Origin: Octopus sinensis
Lineage: Eukaryota
NCBI RefSeq assembly: GCF_006345805.1
Contig: NW_021836291.1
Span: forward strand, 418,654 to 482,653
Reading direction: 5' to 3'
DNA length: 64,000 bases
A program made the translations under genes and the position numbers. Below are positions 12,530-27,162 of the stretch, piece after piece; the stretch's first letter is position 1; each line of letters opens with the position of its first letter. Under the pieces are notes generated by a model. The model saw only the letters and a list, made by a program, of their open reading frames with translations. It had not been told where the DNA came from and did no database searches.

Positions 12530-13850
12530 TGGTACGTCCATGTTTGTGTCGGCCGATCAACAAAGTTCCCTATCAGCTTATAAATAAATAAATTTTGACT
12601 GGTATAAATATCTCGATTGGAGAATTTATGAGACATTGCTGACATCCTCTATGCTTGCCAACGAGCATGTGACGCACTGATCAAAAGAAGTGAGTGGATC
12701 GGAATTATGGACGGGAAGCTTGAGAAACTTAGGAAGGAACTCGATTTGGTCACACTACTAACTAATAATGACAAAACGAGTAAATCATTCAGTGACGAAT
12801 GGAGAGACATTTAGCCAAACATGGATACCGGAAGTGAGAATGGAGAAAGGGATCTTGCAAATTTTTGTTCCTGTCCTTGACCTCCCTGAGTAAAATATTG
12901 AATGCAAAATTCCCAAATGTGCTACTGTACAATTCTGGCAAGAGTGCTTATGTATACTCAACTTGTTATTCATGGACGACCTAAAAGTGTTTGATCGGAA
13001 GGAAGACCATGTAATGAGGTGACATCGAATCATGCGGATTTGAGAATATTGATAAGAATGTGCAAGGGGTCCGGATACGCCGTCAAATACACATAAAACC
13101 TGGAAGCAAACGTAGATTTTATCTTCCAAGAGACTGACTAGAAAGAGGATTGGTCACTGTGGTGCATAAAAACAGTCGAATGCTTCCTAAATTTTTCAAG
13201 GATATTGAGATGAAGACTTCTTATTGTTTGAGAAGAGAAAGAATCCTGAAGGCCGCGAGATCAAAGAAACACACATGGCCACTAAAAGGTATTCCTATGC
13301 AGAAAGTACCAATTTTCAACTCCGGAAAGCCTCAAACCGAACGTTTTAAAGGATTTTTAATGAAAGTACTTAATTGAGCAGATACGAAGAAAGCCTCTTA
13401 ACTCGATTTAGTTTATTTGCCATAATGATTTGGACTTGTTTCTGAAGTAATCGTCATGGTGGTTCTCGCATGGGAAAAACTCTCCAAGGTCGGAGGGAAT
13501 GCTGTTTATGGTTAGGACTTATTCTTTGACAACGGTGATAGTAGTTGCAATCATTGCAACACCGCCAAAAAGACTCGCTCATTTTGCTACAAGATGTGCA
13601 GAATGTTGAACAACTCATGCCAATGTCCAGACGATTGTGATTAAAAAGACATTAGAGAGCATGCATCTGAAATAAAAACTCTCAAGTATGGCAGCGTATC
13701 CCCTAACAAGTATTTCAATGAGTGTTGGGGCAACAACGACCAATTGAATGGAGGAATTACCCACCACGACACATCAATGAAACTTTTCGAGAGCACCGAC
13801 GCCGTATCCCGGCCCATGAGTCTAGCAGAAGGAGGAAGTCGGAACTAATA
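12530..13850 (+). mobile_element. Heavily decayed R4-like RLE retrotransposon
   Basis: LNLLFMDDLKVF RT motif at ~12955-12992; CNHCNTAKK zinc finger at ~13546; IVIKKTLES matches the copy at 38.9 kb. Confidence 0.65.
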
Positions 13851-13879
13851 TTATCTGGATAAGATATTTTTCCAGTTTG

Positions 13880-14650
13880 ATTAATTTTCTAATTCGAACC
13901 TTTTGAATCTACCTAATAAAAGAATAAAATTTTTGTGGTTTTTAAGTTCTTTTAAAACATTCCATCGTCCTTGGAAAAGTAGAACCAGGGTCGTCATTTT
14001 ACTAGGATTTAAGTTGGTGGAATAGATGCTAAGAAGGTAACTCTTAAGTATCCAGATGGAAGTAAAGTACTGGAAATACATTGGTAAAAATAAATAATAG
14101 AATGGACGATTCAGTTCTTGTGGTGTTTGATTTAGGTGTGTCTGATATTTAAAATAAAGACTATACACTATGGAATTGCTACATCGAATGTGTCTCCCAT
14201 TCATTATTCACTGACAAGTCATTTCCAAAACTTCATTTTAGGACGATCGACATCCATGAATATCCTTTTGTCGACTCCACTAAAATACTGCAAAAATACT
14301 CTTCTAAATTCCCACTGGCAGTTGCATCGAGGTATTGCAAACTACAAGCCCAGGTCGGTAGATTTGGAGGGAGCCCAAAAAATGCTTAAATGCTTGGATT
14401 GGGAAAAGTACTTTCGTGAAATACTGATCATTCCTTGCGACAAAAAACATCATTTTAAAATGTATTATCGTCCAATGCATTTTGTAGTCTTGAAAAAAAA
14501 TTTGGAATTCCGTTTAAACGGATGATTTTTTTGACGATGAAATGGACAATATTCGCCAAGTTGGTTCTTTGGGTTGTCGTATTTTGAATATTTTAGGCGT
14601 CTTCTGCGTTTTTGTTCCCAATGGGGTTTGCCTCAATATGGTTGATTCAG
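13880..14650 (-). mobile_element. Possible Mutator (MULE) transposase relic
   Basis: Weak motifs only: GMISISRKYF..LQIYR and FQYFTSIWI..GRWNVLK. Confidence 0.3.
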
Positions 14651-14790
14651 AAATTGACAAATTTATCAAAAAAACTCACAATATTTAGATTTTTGGTTAA
14701 ATTGCTCGAATAATTTTTATTGAATTTTTCAAATATTACTTTATGTTGGTTATTCTAGAATTCAATTTAATCAATTAATTATGGAAAATA

Positions 14791-15873
14791 ATGAGCGATC
14801 CAATTCTTAATAATCTAGTTCAACCTGACTTCAGGAATGGTAGGTTTTATTGTCCATGGCTTGGTTTCTCTGATGTCAGCCTTTTTCAACGTATCAAATA
14901 CTATTTGACTTACTCGGACTCCGTGAATGAAACCAAAGTAAATGTTCTGATCAATTCTAGGAATTGGAAGATACTGTTTTCTGTGTATCACCAGAGAAGA
15001 GACCTGTCCGCTCTAAAGAATTGATTGTCACGTGGATATCTCACAGCTATCTTCTAGTCCAAATGGACAATTTAAATATCCTTGCCGATCCCATTGTATC
15101 GGACATTGTGCTGTCCAGGTACATTTTTCCCCCGAGGGTAAATAAAAATGCCATATCCATCTCCGAATTGCCCGAGATTGAGTATGTGCTAATCTCTCAC
15201 AGCCACCACGACCACTTAGACTACCCTGCTATCACACAACTACACCAAAGATTTCCAAAAATTAAATTTCTAGTCCCTCTCAAGGTCAAAGCATTAATTC
15301 TGTCTGTGTGCGAGGCTCAAGTTGAGGAGTTTGGATGGTGGGACCAAGTCCAGTTAAGTAATCAAGTCACTGTGGCATTCGTACCTGCTCAACACGGAAG
15401 TAGAAGATCCCTTTTTGACGAAAACAAAGTTTGAGGTCGATATGATAGTAAGACACTCTGGGGAGGGTGGTGTTTGGTGGGAACAAGTGATGTTGGAACA
15501 TTTTACTATTCTGGAGACACTGGATACTATCAGCCAATCTTTAAAACCATTGGCATGAAATATGGGCCCTTCGACGTTGCTGCACTCCCAATTGGTGCGT
15601 ACGCTCCAAAATTCTTATTCAAATACCAACATGCTGACCCCAGGGAGTGCATTCTTATTCAACAAGATGTTCAAGCTAAACACTGCATTGGAGTTCATTG
15701 GGGGACTTTTCGGCTGGGATATGAGGTTGTGTGACAATTTATTTTAGGGAATCTTTGAGCCTCGCCACGTTCTTAATAAAGAGAAGGAATCGCTCGAGCT
15801 GGAAGAAGCCACGTTTAAGTGCATTCGGGCTGGACAAACTATGGACAGAAATGGATCAATTATTCATTTTTAA
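14791..15873 (+). CDS. NAPEPLD: N-acyl-phosphatidylethanolamine phospholipase D (metallo-beta-lactamase fold)
   Basis: NGRFYCPW, TWISHS, NILADP, ISHSHHDHLD, PAQH, YYSGDTGY, PIGAYAP, HADP, GVHWGTF. Introns 14938-14960, 15429-15452 and 15726-15747. Confidence 0.9.
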
Positions 15874-16012
15874 TTAGAACATTAATATTAATAATTCATA
15901 CGATAATCATCCTGATTTCCTTTTGAACAAATCGTTTTTGATAATTAAGATGATTTTTAACTCTCCAATTATTTTTTACCAAACAGTGTTTAAATTAGTA
16001 ACCAAAAAAACA

Positions 16013-19000
16013 TTATTTTTTGCTGATATTAAGCCTCTGTGTAAACATTTGATTAAAGTTCTTTTCTCTGTTCACCAGCTCCAGTTGGTACTGGTTTTTC
16101 TCTTTCTAAATTACCTTGTTTAATGGAAATAAACCATCAGTCGTTTGACATCATTCTCCAATTCTTGATTTCTCGCTCTTTCTTCATTCACCATCAACCT
16201 GTGGCTTTCCAGTTCCTGGATTGTCGTATCCAGTCTAGGATTAGTCAACAATTCTACCTCAGTTGCAATGCCTTGGCTTTTCGCAAATCTTCGTTTTTCA
16301 ATGACTCAAACTCTGCTGTGATTTGTTCGATTTTTTCTCGGTAAATTAAAATTACTTCGTCCAACTTTTTTTTGAGAGTTTCTTCCCAATTTTTGTTTAT
16401 TTTTCTAAGAACGAATCTTTCAATTTAAAATTAACGTTATTTTATCTTCAAACTCTCTGGTTTTGCTAATAATTTCAAGTTTTAATTGAGAGATGTGCGT
16501 TCTTTCCTGCTCCAACTGTAGCTCGCATTCATTTTTGCATTCGACGAGAGATTTATTGGTGAGATTTAGCAGGTCACATTCCTCACATAGAGAATGCATT
16601 TTCTCCTGCAGTTTGGAGACCTTGGAACGGTAGATTAATGATTTAACCTCCAGACTGTACTTATTCTTCTCCTGTTCAAAAATAAGTTTTGAACATTCAA
16701 TTTGTTCTTTGTGCAAATATTCGAGTTTTTCAATTTCTTCGATTTTTTCTTGGTTCATTTTGAAGAATTGTTGATCTAAACAATTTATTCAATAAGACAA
16801 CCCAATGCAGCCTTTCCCTCTTCACTGATTTGTCGAAGCTCAGAGGCACGGATAGACTTCAATGACTTTTCAAGGCAAGACACAGCCATCACATTCTCCT
16901 TAGAAAGCTTGGAAATTGCGGACTTGCTCATTCATACAATAGATCAACCTCAATGTGTGTTTGAATAGAGCCAAAATATGTTTGTATAGATTTTTGGACA
17001 AGAAATAGTTTACTAACATTCGAATTGAACTCTTTTTTGCTATTTTCAACTGTCATTTTAATACGAGACAATTCTTGAGACATTGATGTGACTCTTTTTT
17101 TCAAATCAGCTGTCCCTTGAGAGACCATTCGACTCACTAGGCCAAACGATTTTCTCAGTTTTGCTGTTAATTTCCTATTCTCGGAAATTTGGTGGTCGAA
17201 ATCTGCTGAACAAGCTTCCAGTTCGATGCAGCGCTTAAGCAAAACCTCATTTTTGCTCTTTTCCTCTCCCAAAATAAGTTCCAGTTGATTTCTAAAGAAT
17301 TGGTAGACTAAAAATACTGTTTCTGGCAAAGTTTATGTTTTTCTTTTTCGTTCTCTGCCAGTTTTAGTTGAACCTCCGATGAATCTTTCCCATCTCGTTG
17401 CATCCTCCGCCAAAGTTCTTCTATAGATTTCTACAGAAATTTAACGGAAATCAAATACTTCCAAAGTCTCGTTTTCGTTTTTTAGAGAATCGGAAATATC
17501 TTCGAGTCTTTTGTTTTCCAGTTTTGCGTCATTTAGGGATTTGTTTATAACGATTATGCGATCTTGTGACTTTTTTAAACTTTCTTCTATGACTTTTTTT
17601 GAATTTTGAACTTCCTCGGTCTGGAAAATAAAAGTTAAAAACGTGCCTCTTTTCTGTGTTGAGTCTTACTAATAGTGAGTTGGTTCTGCATTTCGTTAAT
17701 TTTGGTTTCCTGTTCCTTGACGACGTTGGAATGCAGAACCATCTGTTGGTCATATTTCTATCTTGTTTACGGTTCTCTTGTATTGTAAACCATTTGTAGT
17801 TGTATGAGTTCCCTGTCGTTGATTTCCTTGTATTCCTTCATTTCTAGCTCCACCGACTGCCTGTGTTTTTCAGGAGATTCGAGTTGTTTCAGATTTTTTT
17901 CAAGTTGTTTGACTTTTGTTGTCAAAGCAGTGGATTTGGTTTTCCATGCCTTGGATTCGTTTTGCCAGGATTTGACTGTTTTCTGTGAAGTTTCCTGTGC
18001 TGATTGAATGCAATCTTACCATCAAGACTTCCTGCTCTTTTTTGAGATTGATATTTGCTGCACTCAGTTTGTCAATCTCCGCTTTCATTGCAATCAAATC
18101 GTCAAGTTCAATTTGACACATTTGGTCCTGAGTACATGTTTTGTCTTGTTTGTTTAAATACTCTTATATCGGTACTACTACGACGACTAACTTTTGGTAT
18201 TTTCGACTTTTGAGTTCAAAGTTTGCTTCATCTCAGAGAAATGGTGTTTGAGTTCTGTCAACTCGGATTTGTACGACGAAAGTTTGCAAGTCATTTTTGA
18301 GAGCTCGGCAATGCGAGAATGCATCCTTGACGTTTTAACCAAATATAAAACTCTGAGTGACATTGTGTTTTAAATGTCTGAATTTGTTTAACGTGGGATT
18401 CATTAAGTCTTTCCAATTTACAACTTTCTTTCCTGAGTGCGACGATTTTGTTGTTTTGAAAAGTTGCGTGTTTTTCCATTTGAGTGACTTTGGCACGTGT
18501 CTGACTGAACTTTTCCGAAAACTCCGCGAGGATCCGTCGGTAGTGTTGGAATTGCCAAGACACGTTGGATTTAAATTCGTTGAACTCGACTTTTGAATTT
18601 TTTTGTTGGTTTGACATGTCGATAAGTCTGCGAGGACGGAGAAGAACCGTCTTAGTGAGAATCCTATCTTGACAAGCTTCGACCTCTTTTCTGAATTCGT
18701 AAACTGACATTACCTGCAGGTCATGATTTGTGTAGTGAGGACTTTGTTCTCCTTGTTGGATTGTTCGAGGGAGTTTTTCAAAGTTTTCATGTCTTTTTCG
18801 TACTTTGAGATTGCGGTCTTGTGCTGATTGAACATTTCACTGACCTATTCGAACCTGAGGAGGACTGAAAGTAACTTGTTTGAGATGTTCTTCTCGGATT
18901 TTAGTAAAGTTGTTTAACAGCTCGAGCTTATCTTGTTTGTGTGAATTTTTCAGATTGACAAGTTCGTTATCTTTTTCATTGTTTGAAAATTCGAGCTCTT

Positions 19001-19293
19001 TAATTTTGGTGAAAAGGTATTCCTGAGTGTTCAGATTATATTCTTACGTTTTCAATCAACATATTTTTGCATGAATCGATCTTGGACCTCAGTTGGTCCA
19101 AGTCATGGCTATTTTCTGCGGACAACTCGTCTTGCAAACACTGAACAACATATTCGTTGTCGTCATTTCTTGACTTGAGGTTGTATATTACCTTCGAGAC
19201 ATTGAGGGTTGACCATACCTTTGTAAGTTGAGCTATTTTTTTACACATTTTGTAATGTTCGTCATAGCCATTGGAACAACTGCCATTGAACAT
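16013..19293 (-). CDS. FAM184A: FAM184-family long coiled-coil protein, multi-exon; exact stop uncertain
   Basis: N-terminal HYKMCKKIAQLTKV-IYNLKSRNDDNE and C-terminal YQLELVNREKNFNQMF match the conserved FAM184 ends; coiled-coil ORFs lie between them. Confidence 0.8.
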
Positions 19294-19499
19294 GTAGGCT
19301 GATTAATTCACGTTGGCAGGCAACAATGATTACATTGCCCTCTTAATTAATCAGACTTAAAAAGTATAAAACTGAGTATAAATTGAAGTTTAATAATCCC
19401 AACATTTTTAATGTTGTATTAATAATTATCCCTGATTAGTACATTTTAGACGAAGACTGGTAATATTTAAATCAAGTAAAGATAAAGAAAAAAGCTAGA

Positions 19500-20390
19500 T
19501 GTTAACTAAAGTAAGTGGCTGAAAGGGTAGTCGAGAGCCTTAGGTCAGCTCAATGACACTGCGTATTGAATAGCAGTTTTCGCGGAGCACGGCGACCGAG
19601 ATTCGCTGAAAGAGCCAACTCGTCTCTTTCCAGTAGTTTATTTTGAAGAGATTCTCGCACCAATTTCAGTGAAGAATTAAGACGCAGTCTTGCAGAAGAT
19701 TTCTAACTTTAAAAGGCAAAAGAGAAAACTCAACAGAATACACAAATATTTTGTCCTATTTAACTCTTTGGCCTGAGAACTGGCGTAGCCCGGTTTGCTT
19801 TGGTAGCAAAGCCCCAGAAAAAAGTCACGGAATTGACATCCCAAAACAGGGACTTGCCTTCCTTAAAAGGAAAGATTATCATCCCATCAGGACGCCTGCC
19901 GTCAATCCGGGAAAGGCCGACTGGCTCTAGAGTGAAACGGAAACCTGCCAACTCTAGAGCCCTCCTGCGGTAAGAAATTCTAACGGCACTCTTCTAGCAC
20001 TACAAGAAGTGCAAACCGTTCTACGAAATTGTGGTCCCGCACCGGGAAAGGGTGAAAATGGCAGATTTTCAAGCCCAAACGTAAGAAGATACCAATCCCT
20101 CCGATTAATCGTCTAGTAGTAATCACGTGCTTTGAGCCTATCTCCCCTATGCGGGTAAAAAGCGCAATTTAGTGGAGACAGTTGGGGTTATTTATGCAGA
20201 TTTCGTCCCAGTCCCTTTTGACTGAAGGAATTGCAGTTAAATTAAGGCCGAGAGCGCAAAGCACGGAAGGGGAGGAATATTCCGAGAGCTCGTTAAGTTT
20301 GAAATAGGAAAATAGAACTGAGAAAACGGAATTCCCGAATGCCGACGTGAACGAAAGATAGCAGAGCAGGGGAAGGTAGGCATAAAAGAG
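19500..20390 (-). mobile_element. CRE-like retrotransposon 3' fragment
   Basis: LEPVGLSRIDGRRPDGMIIFPFKEGKSLFWDV; FQRISVAVLREN. Confidence 0.8.
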
Positions 20391-20649
20391 GAAAAATTTG
20401 ACAATTGACGATTAATGATTTTTTGTCAACATTATGTAAATATTAAATTTTAATAATTACGACAAAATTATGCTTTGACTCAATTCGTAATAAGTATTTA
20501 AAATTGATTTTTAAATCAATAGTATAGATAATTATTAGAAAGATTAATTAATTGAGTATTAATTTATTTTAAGTTATTTTAAATTATTTAGTTAATTTGT
20601 GAAAATTATAAATAAATACTATAAATTTGTATTTCTAAGTGGAGCATTG

Positions 20650-23600
20650 ATGCATTATCGAAAGCATTACATATACAATCAAAAGGACATCAAGAGGCAA
20701 CCAAACGATCCGCCTCAAATAGTTTCGATGGGATGTGATCTACAAAGATCCAGAGATATTCTCAACATTAAACTAAGAGACTTAACTTTGAATGACAAAG
20801 TAATTGTTTTTGATACACTTCAGATCATGGCTCTTTCAGGGTACAATAATTTTGTCCAGTCCTTTGACCGCGTATCCGAAATACTAGAAAAATCTCCAAA
20901 CGTATTTTTGGTTACATTCCCACAGCCTTCGCTTGTGGAGTGTCTAGTTGGGAGGGAAGGGGACCTGCCTCCTCAAATCATGTCCGCATTGATGACACTG
21001 ACCATCTCCAAAGCGAACGAGCATGTCCAGAACTCCGCCGTGGATGTTCTTTCTGACTTTTTTGAGTCAGTTTTCAATATACCGGAGGAGAACTTTGGTT
21101 AGTGACTGATAGCCCAATGCAGAGTCCGTGAGACTAAAATATTTTGGGAACACACAATACAGGAATATATCCTTGTACTTGTTCGTCATCATTTGCCTCC
21201 ATTTCCCTCCCGAAAAGCGGAATTCTCCCAAAATATTTGATATCCTCAACAATACAGGTATTTCACCCACTCAGACCAGAATTGAAAAAAGCGACGTCGA
21301 ACTTGAAAGACAAGGAGGGACCCATCCTTCTTGAATTGGTAATCTGCGGTATCATTGGAAGGACGACTCGCCTCTTCTGCAGCAAATATTGAGGTCAGGG
21401 GAGTCATTGAATCGGGAGAAAATACGGGAGGCAATTCGGAAGAGTGAGGGCAAGATGACTATGCGGCAGTTGGCTGTGGCTCTGTCACATTTTATGGGTG
21501 GAGGGGTTAGTCCATGAGGTCACATTCAGGGTGACTTGGGAGCTCTGTGCGAGGTGGCCACACAGGAAATGAGAATTGATTGGAATGATGTGCTCAAAGG
21601 ATTGGACAATGATCATCTCCATATCATTACCGACGGACATCGTCGTAAACTGGCCGCACTGTTTTCATTGGCCTGCAATGATCTAAATATCCGATTGTCG
21701 TGTAGGAACATATTTAGTGACTGGATTCATAAGCAAGTCCAGGTTAGTACTTGTATTGACTTTAGTTTAATATTATAAAAATGATGTTGGAGTGCAGAGA
21801 TATCTTTGATCTGATTCCACACGCCTCCCGAGTGCTTTTAATCGAGAAAATAAACGTTCCCTTCTTGGACTCGACCAAACGACATCTCATTTGGTGGTCC
21901 CCTGAGATGTTACGATTAGGACTTGCACTGACATGTGTGCCTGTCTTCTTCGCATGTTCGATAGCTCTGGAAATGCGTTGCAGGAAAATATAATCAAGTT
22001 GTTCAATCCCCCGATGGAGTTGTGTCCTGAATTATTGTTCATAGCAATTGTTAATTGCGGCACAGTTGTGATTGCGTAACTTTATTGCAGGTGGATTGGC
22101 GCAATCCTCTCAAAATGAGTCTCGTATGTTCACTCATTAAGTTTTTTTCCAAAAACAAGGATTATTGGTCATTTTTCCGTTTTGCTGTGCAGGTTTGTCA
22201 GAGTATTATTATTTTAGTTGGACGTCGATGTCGTGCATGCAATAAAGAAGGCGTTGGAGGTGATTTGCCTATCCTCTAGGGATTATTTTGAGGCAATGTA
22301 CAGAATGACCTGCAATGTCGAGGTAGTTCTCGATTTACACGTAGAAATTACACGACATTCGTTTTTCGACGAATATTCCCTTCAGTTACTACTACAACCG
22401 CCATTGTTGGCTGCATGACGAACATTGGACGCCCGACGGGTGGTTGATGGTCAACGTGGAGAAATACGGGAATGGTGATCTTATTTTCTCATTCCAGGAA
22501 TCATTGAGAAAATCATCACATTCGTCTACTCCGTTTTTCTCAAACAGAAAGAAAAGGAAGATTACACGCTCATGATTGTGCACGCAGCACTCCGAATCAC
22601 CAACACTCCACAACTCTCCAAACTAAGGGCTCATATTAGCGACCTCTTCTTCTCAGTCGTGTTGTTATAATTAGTTTTAGAATAAAAAGAATCCATCTAC
22701 CGCAGAGGCAGCCCGGAAGCTGACGCGTCTTCCCGAATGTGGTTGCCCTGTCTGTTAATTGGCAGATGACGACGTTCGACAGCGTACGACACACTTGCTG
22801 AGGGCAATCAAGACTGGTTACATTACCCTTGACCACTTTATTCCTTATTTCACCAAAGTGTGTTCTTCCAGAGAAATTCAGAATACGGTTAAAGCGTGTT
22901 GTGGTATTTCAGTCTCACTACAATCTGCTAATGTCCACAATCACCAAAGAAGAACTAGACAGTCTCCACACCTTCACGTTAAGCGTGATTGAGAACCTGA
23001 CTGTTACTCTGTTGGCAATGTACACATACAAACTATACACGTATTGTGTTACATTTAAATTGCAGTCCAGATGCGTGGTCCTCTCTTATGCAGAAGGTGG
23101 ACTCGATTGCCTCATCCCTCGAGGAGAAAAGGTTCAATTCAGTGGTCGCAATGAACTATCTTCAAAATTCTATAAGGTTTTCCATTCTTGCTATTTCAGA
23201 ATGTGGGATTCTTGTGCGAAGGAGTATATTAGTTTTATGGATTATTACTCTCTAATATTGGAAAGGACCCTTTCATTGGACAACTACCCCCTGACATATG
23301 TCCCTATCCCTCGCTACTTACAACATTCGGATGAACCACTTGATGCTCGATCATATGGCATATCTCAAGATTTTGTGATTGTGCTTGAACAAGTCATCAA
23401 CGAGATTAACAAAGACAACATTGGTGGAATGGTTGTGTTCCCACGTCACAGTGCAGGTCATCAAGATTGTCGGACATCGAAGAATGACGAAGAACTTGTG
23501 TAAATTCTTTACACAGTTTTTGCTTAAAAAACTGCTGCGAATTGAAAAACAGATACACCCTTATTGCGTGCAACTTATCCTTGCACTTGATCACGAATCG

Positions 23601-26600
23601 GGGACCTCCGATCTTTACGACATGGTCCTTTTACAAACACTCCAGACTAGAATTGTATGTTTGAATGTCGTTCATTATTAGAGTTTGATGGTTAAAGTTC
23701 GGGAGGGGACGTCTCTCCACATTCTGAGTATAATGGGGCATTGGTTGGGGTGTCTTACTATTGCCATCGACCGAGGATTCCCTCTCACTGTTCTACTTTC
23801 CACTACAATTTAGAACTATAATCCGTATCGTATGACTCAGATACTCTATTTCTTCCCAGCTGGCGTCCTGTTGAATGCTCACGTGCTTTTTATAATCGAA
23901 TTCTTGAAATGTTCAAAATATTCAGAAATTGTATTGTGAGGAGTATTCACTGTAGGTCTTTGCAATGCCCAATCCTTATGTGCTGGGAATAATGAAATTG
24001 CTTATGTTACTGCATGTGCAGGGAAGACTTTATGCACAAACAGGACTTGAATTGGACTCGTTGTGCATTATTTTGTCCACCAATGACATTGTTAATTTAT
24101 TGGTGGCAATTGTAGAACTTTCCTGAGAACAAGAACAGAATGAGTCCAGATGAGGAGCCCTTTGATCAATCCATGCTTAATCTATTTATCCAGCCATTTT
24201 TGCCATACAAGCCCCCTCCTCAGAAAGGGAATAATTTTGAGACATATCCCAGCGACTCTCTCTATGGGCAGACTGGAGGGAGACACTATTCTATGTCCCC
24301 ACTTATAACTCAGGAGAACATTTGCATGTGGAAGACTTTCCTTCGATTTGATGACGTGGTATGGTTGCCGTATAATTGCAGATAAACTTTGACCCGAATA
24401 TTAAGAAGCAGATATTGTTGGATGTGGAGTACATAATGAGTGATGTTACCGAGACATTCCTCAAGTCTTTTTCTGTGCAGCCGGGGGTTGTTGTGTGTGA
24501 GTTAGTGAATAGGAGTCAGCGGAGGCAAGTGTTGAAAGGATTGTCATGTCACAACAATTCCAAGTTAGTTTGCAGCAAAAGATGACTAATGTTCTGCAAA
24601 ACACTTTAGGCCAGTTCTACAACCTTGATGTAACCTGTTGTGGTTTATTGTAGTCGGAATCTATTCTTTCCAAATGTAATGAAATTTGTTTTCAAAACTG
24701 GACTCTATTTATCGATACTATCCGATTTACTATTAAGAATTACTTGGAACACTACAATGTACTGCGTTTGATTATTCCAGGCGGAGATGTACAATTACTA
24801 CCAGTCATACCGACCATCACCAACTCCTCAAGTAGCCAACAAATCGGAGGCACAACGACGAAAGGTCGTGGACTGTTTGATGGAAATAAACGACAAGATT
24901 GAATGCAAGGAAATTATCAAGACATGTCTGGATAGAATGATCAGCGAATTAGATAAAGTACAACTCAATAACAGAGAACAAGTCCTTTCTCTCGTCAGAC
25001 TTGTAATTATGTTAGTTTCACCTATAGAGTATTCACGTCTTTTTCCAGTATTTCAGTGGACAGTTCTTTAAAGGAAAACAGTTCGAGTCAAACTATATTT
25101 CTGACTTTATGCTCTACTTTTTCCGTTATTTGTACCACGAGACTCCCCTCCACACATCTGTTCAACAAAACTTCCTCATGTATTTGCAGGGTTGTAGAGT
25201 TCTAGTTATGTGTGGGCCGAGGATGTCTCTATTCGACGTAATTTGGAGGCCAATTTGTTTATAGTCACATACATTGTCCCTGTCACGGAATTTGACGACT
25301 TTATGTCCCAGGTGTGTCTGTTTTTTTATTCTAGTCACTCATCGCAGGGGAGCCGGACGAATACTCGTTTTTCATTGAGTTTGAGCGGTTCATGAAGATG
25401 GCGGTTCGTTTTTTGTGATATTCATAGAATACTCCGCTCCAACCTCTGGTCAAATCAATGGCTGTTCTCAAGCAGACGCGGGAAATGTAAGGGCTATAAC
25501 TCATTCTAGCCCACAAATAACAACGGAGATGCAAGTCCCAGCAACCAATATATTGGCAGGGAATCATCGAGCGTCACAACTAGCGGAAGATTTGTTGGTA
25601 GTACTTTCCGGCAAGAAAATTGGTTTACGGACACACCATGACCATGTTCTGACCTTAATTTGTGACAATTCACTGATTATGTCCGTTTGCAACGATGATA
25701 CGATAACTGCTGTTTTCTACCATTCTTTCCTGATTTGCCGTTCTTTTTCAGACTGGTACTGATCATTTTCCATAGAATAGGTTGGTGAGTCAATTCGACG
25801 AACGATCCTATATCTTCTCCACTCTGTTGTTCTACTTTGTTGACCAATTGACTGTTTTCTACTCAACCTTGGTCGTTAACTCAGAAAGATTTACCTCACA
25901 TCCTCGGATGTCAATTCTCCAAGCTGTGAATATTGTGTTGTAATTTGTAGTTGCTGACTGTGCTTTCCATTGTGATGGCCGAGGACAATTGTCACCAAAT
26001 TTGCTACCAACGAATACTCATTGGTCTGTTCAAACGACTCACTGAGGTGCTAAAGGGTCCGGACTGTGCTCAGGCACTTTTTTTCTTTTCGTTGGTATTT
26101 TGGGTATATAAATAGAAATTTCATGGAGGAGTCTCAGCCTGGCAAGTTGGACAGATTCGCCTTTTCGTGGATGTCTCTTCTTTCTAATCGGCTCGTTCTT
26201 GCCCGATTTCTCCGTAACCTGAGAGATAATTGGAGGACATACTCCTCCTTGGTAAAATACTCTCTCATATATACTCAAATCATTTTTGAACACGTCAACT
26301 GTGTCCGTTCATTTGCTTGTTACTTCAAAACGACGTGTTTTCTGTTGATTCGCCTGCTGAAGGAAGTACCCGAGCTATTCGCTTTGCATTACATGTCTTT
26401 GGTTTGTCACGTGCCTATGCACGCACACCAATTTTTCAATATAATAATCTCCGCCATCCCGAGGGAAGAGTACATTGAGGAGAAGGACGGGACCAACACT
26501 CCCCGCATAATGGGGGCAATATTCGAGCCGATCGAGGACAGTCTGAAGACCCAACTCGACGTGTATTTGCGGGAACGACAGTCCGTGGGCTTCCTTGTGC

Positions 26601-27162
26601 ATCTTAAAGAGTGCATTGCGAGTAGTGTCGAGATGGGGACGGAGTACGACGTGAAATTGCTCAATTCGCTTGTGCTTTATATCGGAATGCAGGCCATAAC
26701 TTACATCAGTTCAATTCAAGAGGAAGGAGTGACCTATACCATCGACAATATTGGATATAGTGGACACACTGATGTATTCCAACATCTTCTCGTCAATCTG
26801 GACATGCAGGGGAAATATTTGCTCATCGTATCAATGCTGAACCACGTACGTTACAAGAGCAGGCACACCAATTATTTCACGTGTGCGATCCTCCAATTGT
26901 TCGCCTATTGTGACAGTCCAATCATTCGGGAGATGATAATCACGTATGCCCATTCCTCATTCCCAGTCTCTTGATCAGGAGATTGATGGTCAGAAGGCCT
27001 CATCCTTGGGGGCTCATGAATTTGTTTTTGATTTTGACCACAGTTCCTGAATGCGACTTTGAAAACTTGACATTCGTCAGCAAGAGGATCATGCGGTTGT
27101 CCCTTTTCCTAATATTACAGATGTGTCAAGGATTTCCAGTTGTCGTGCAGAAATTCATTTAG
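20650..27162 (+). CDS. CNOT1: CCR4-NOT scaffold subunit NOT1, highly divergent, many micro-introns; 5' exons tentative
   Basis: C-terminal NOT1 domain: FAFSWMSLLSNR, GTEYDVKLLNSLVLYIG, LDMQGKYLL..LNHVRY..HTNYF, RRLMVRRPHPWGL. Upstream MIF4G-like LSIMGHWLGCLTI near 23.7 kb; continuous same-strand exons. Confidence 0.85.
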
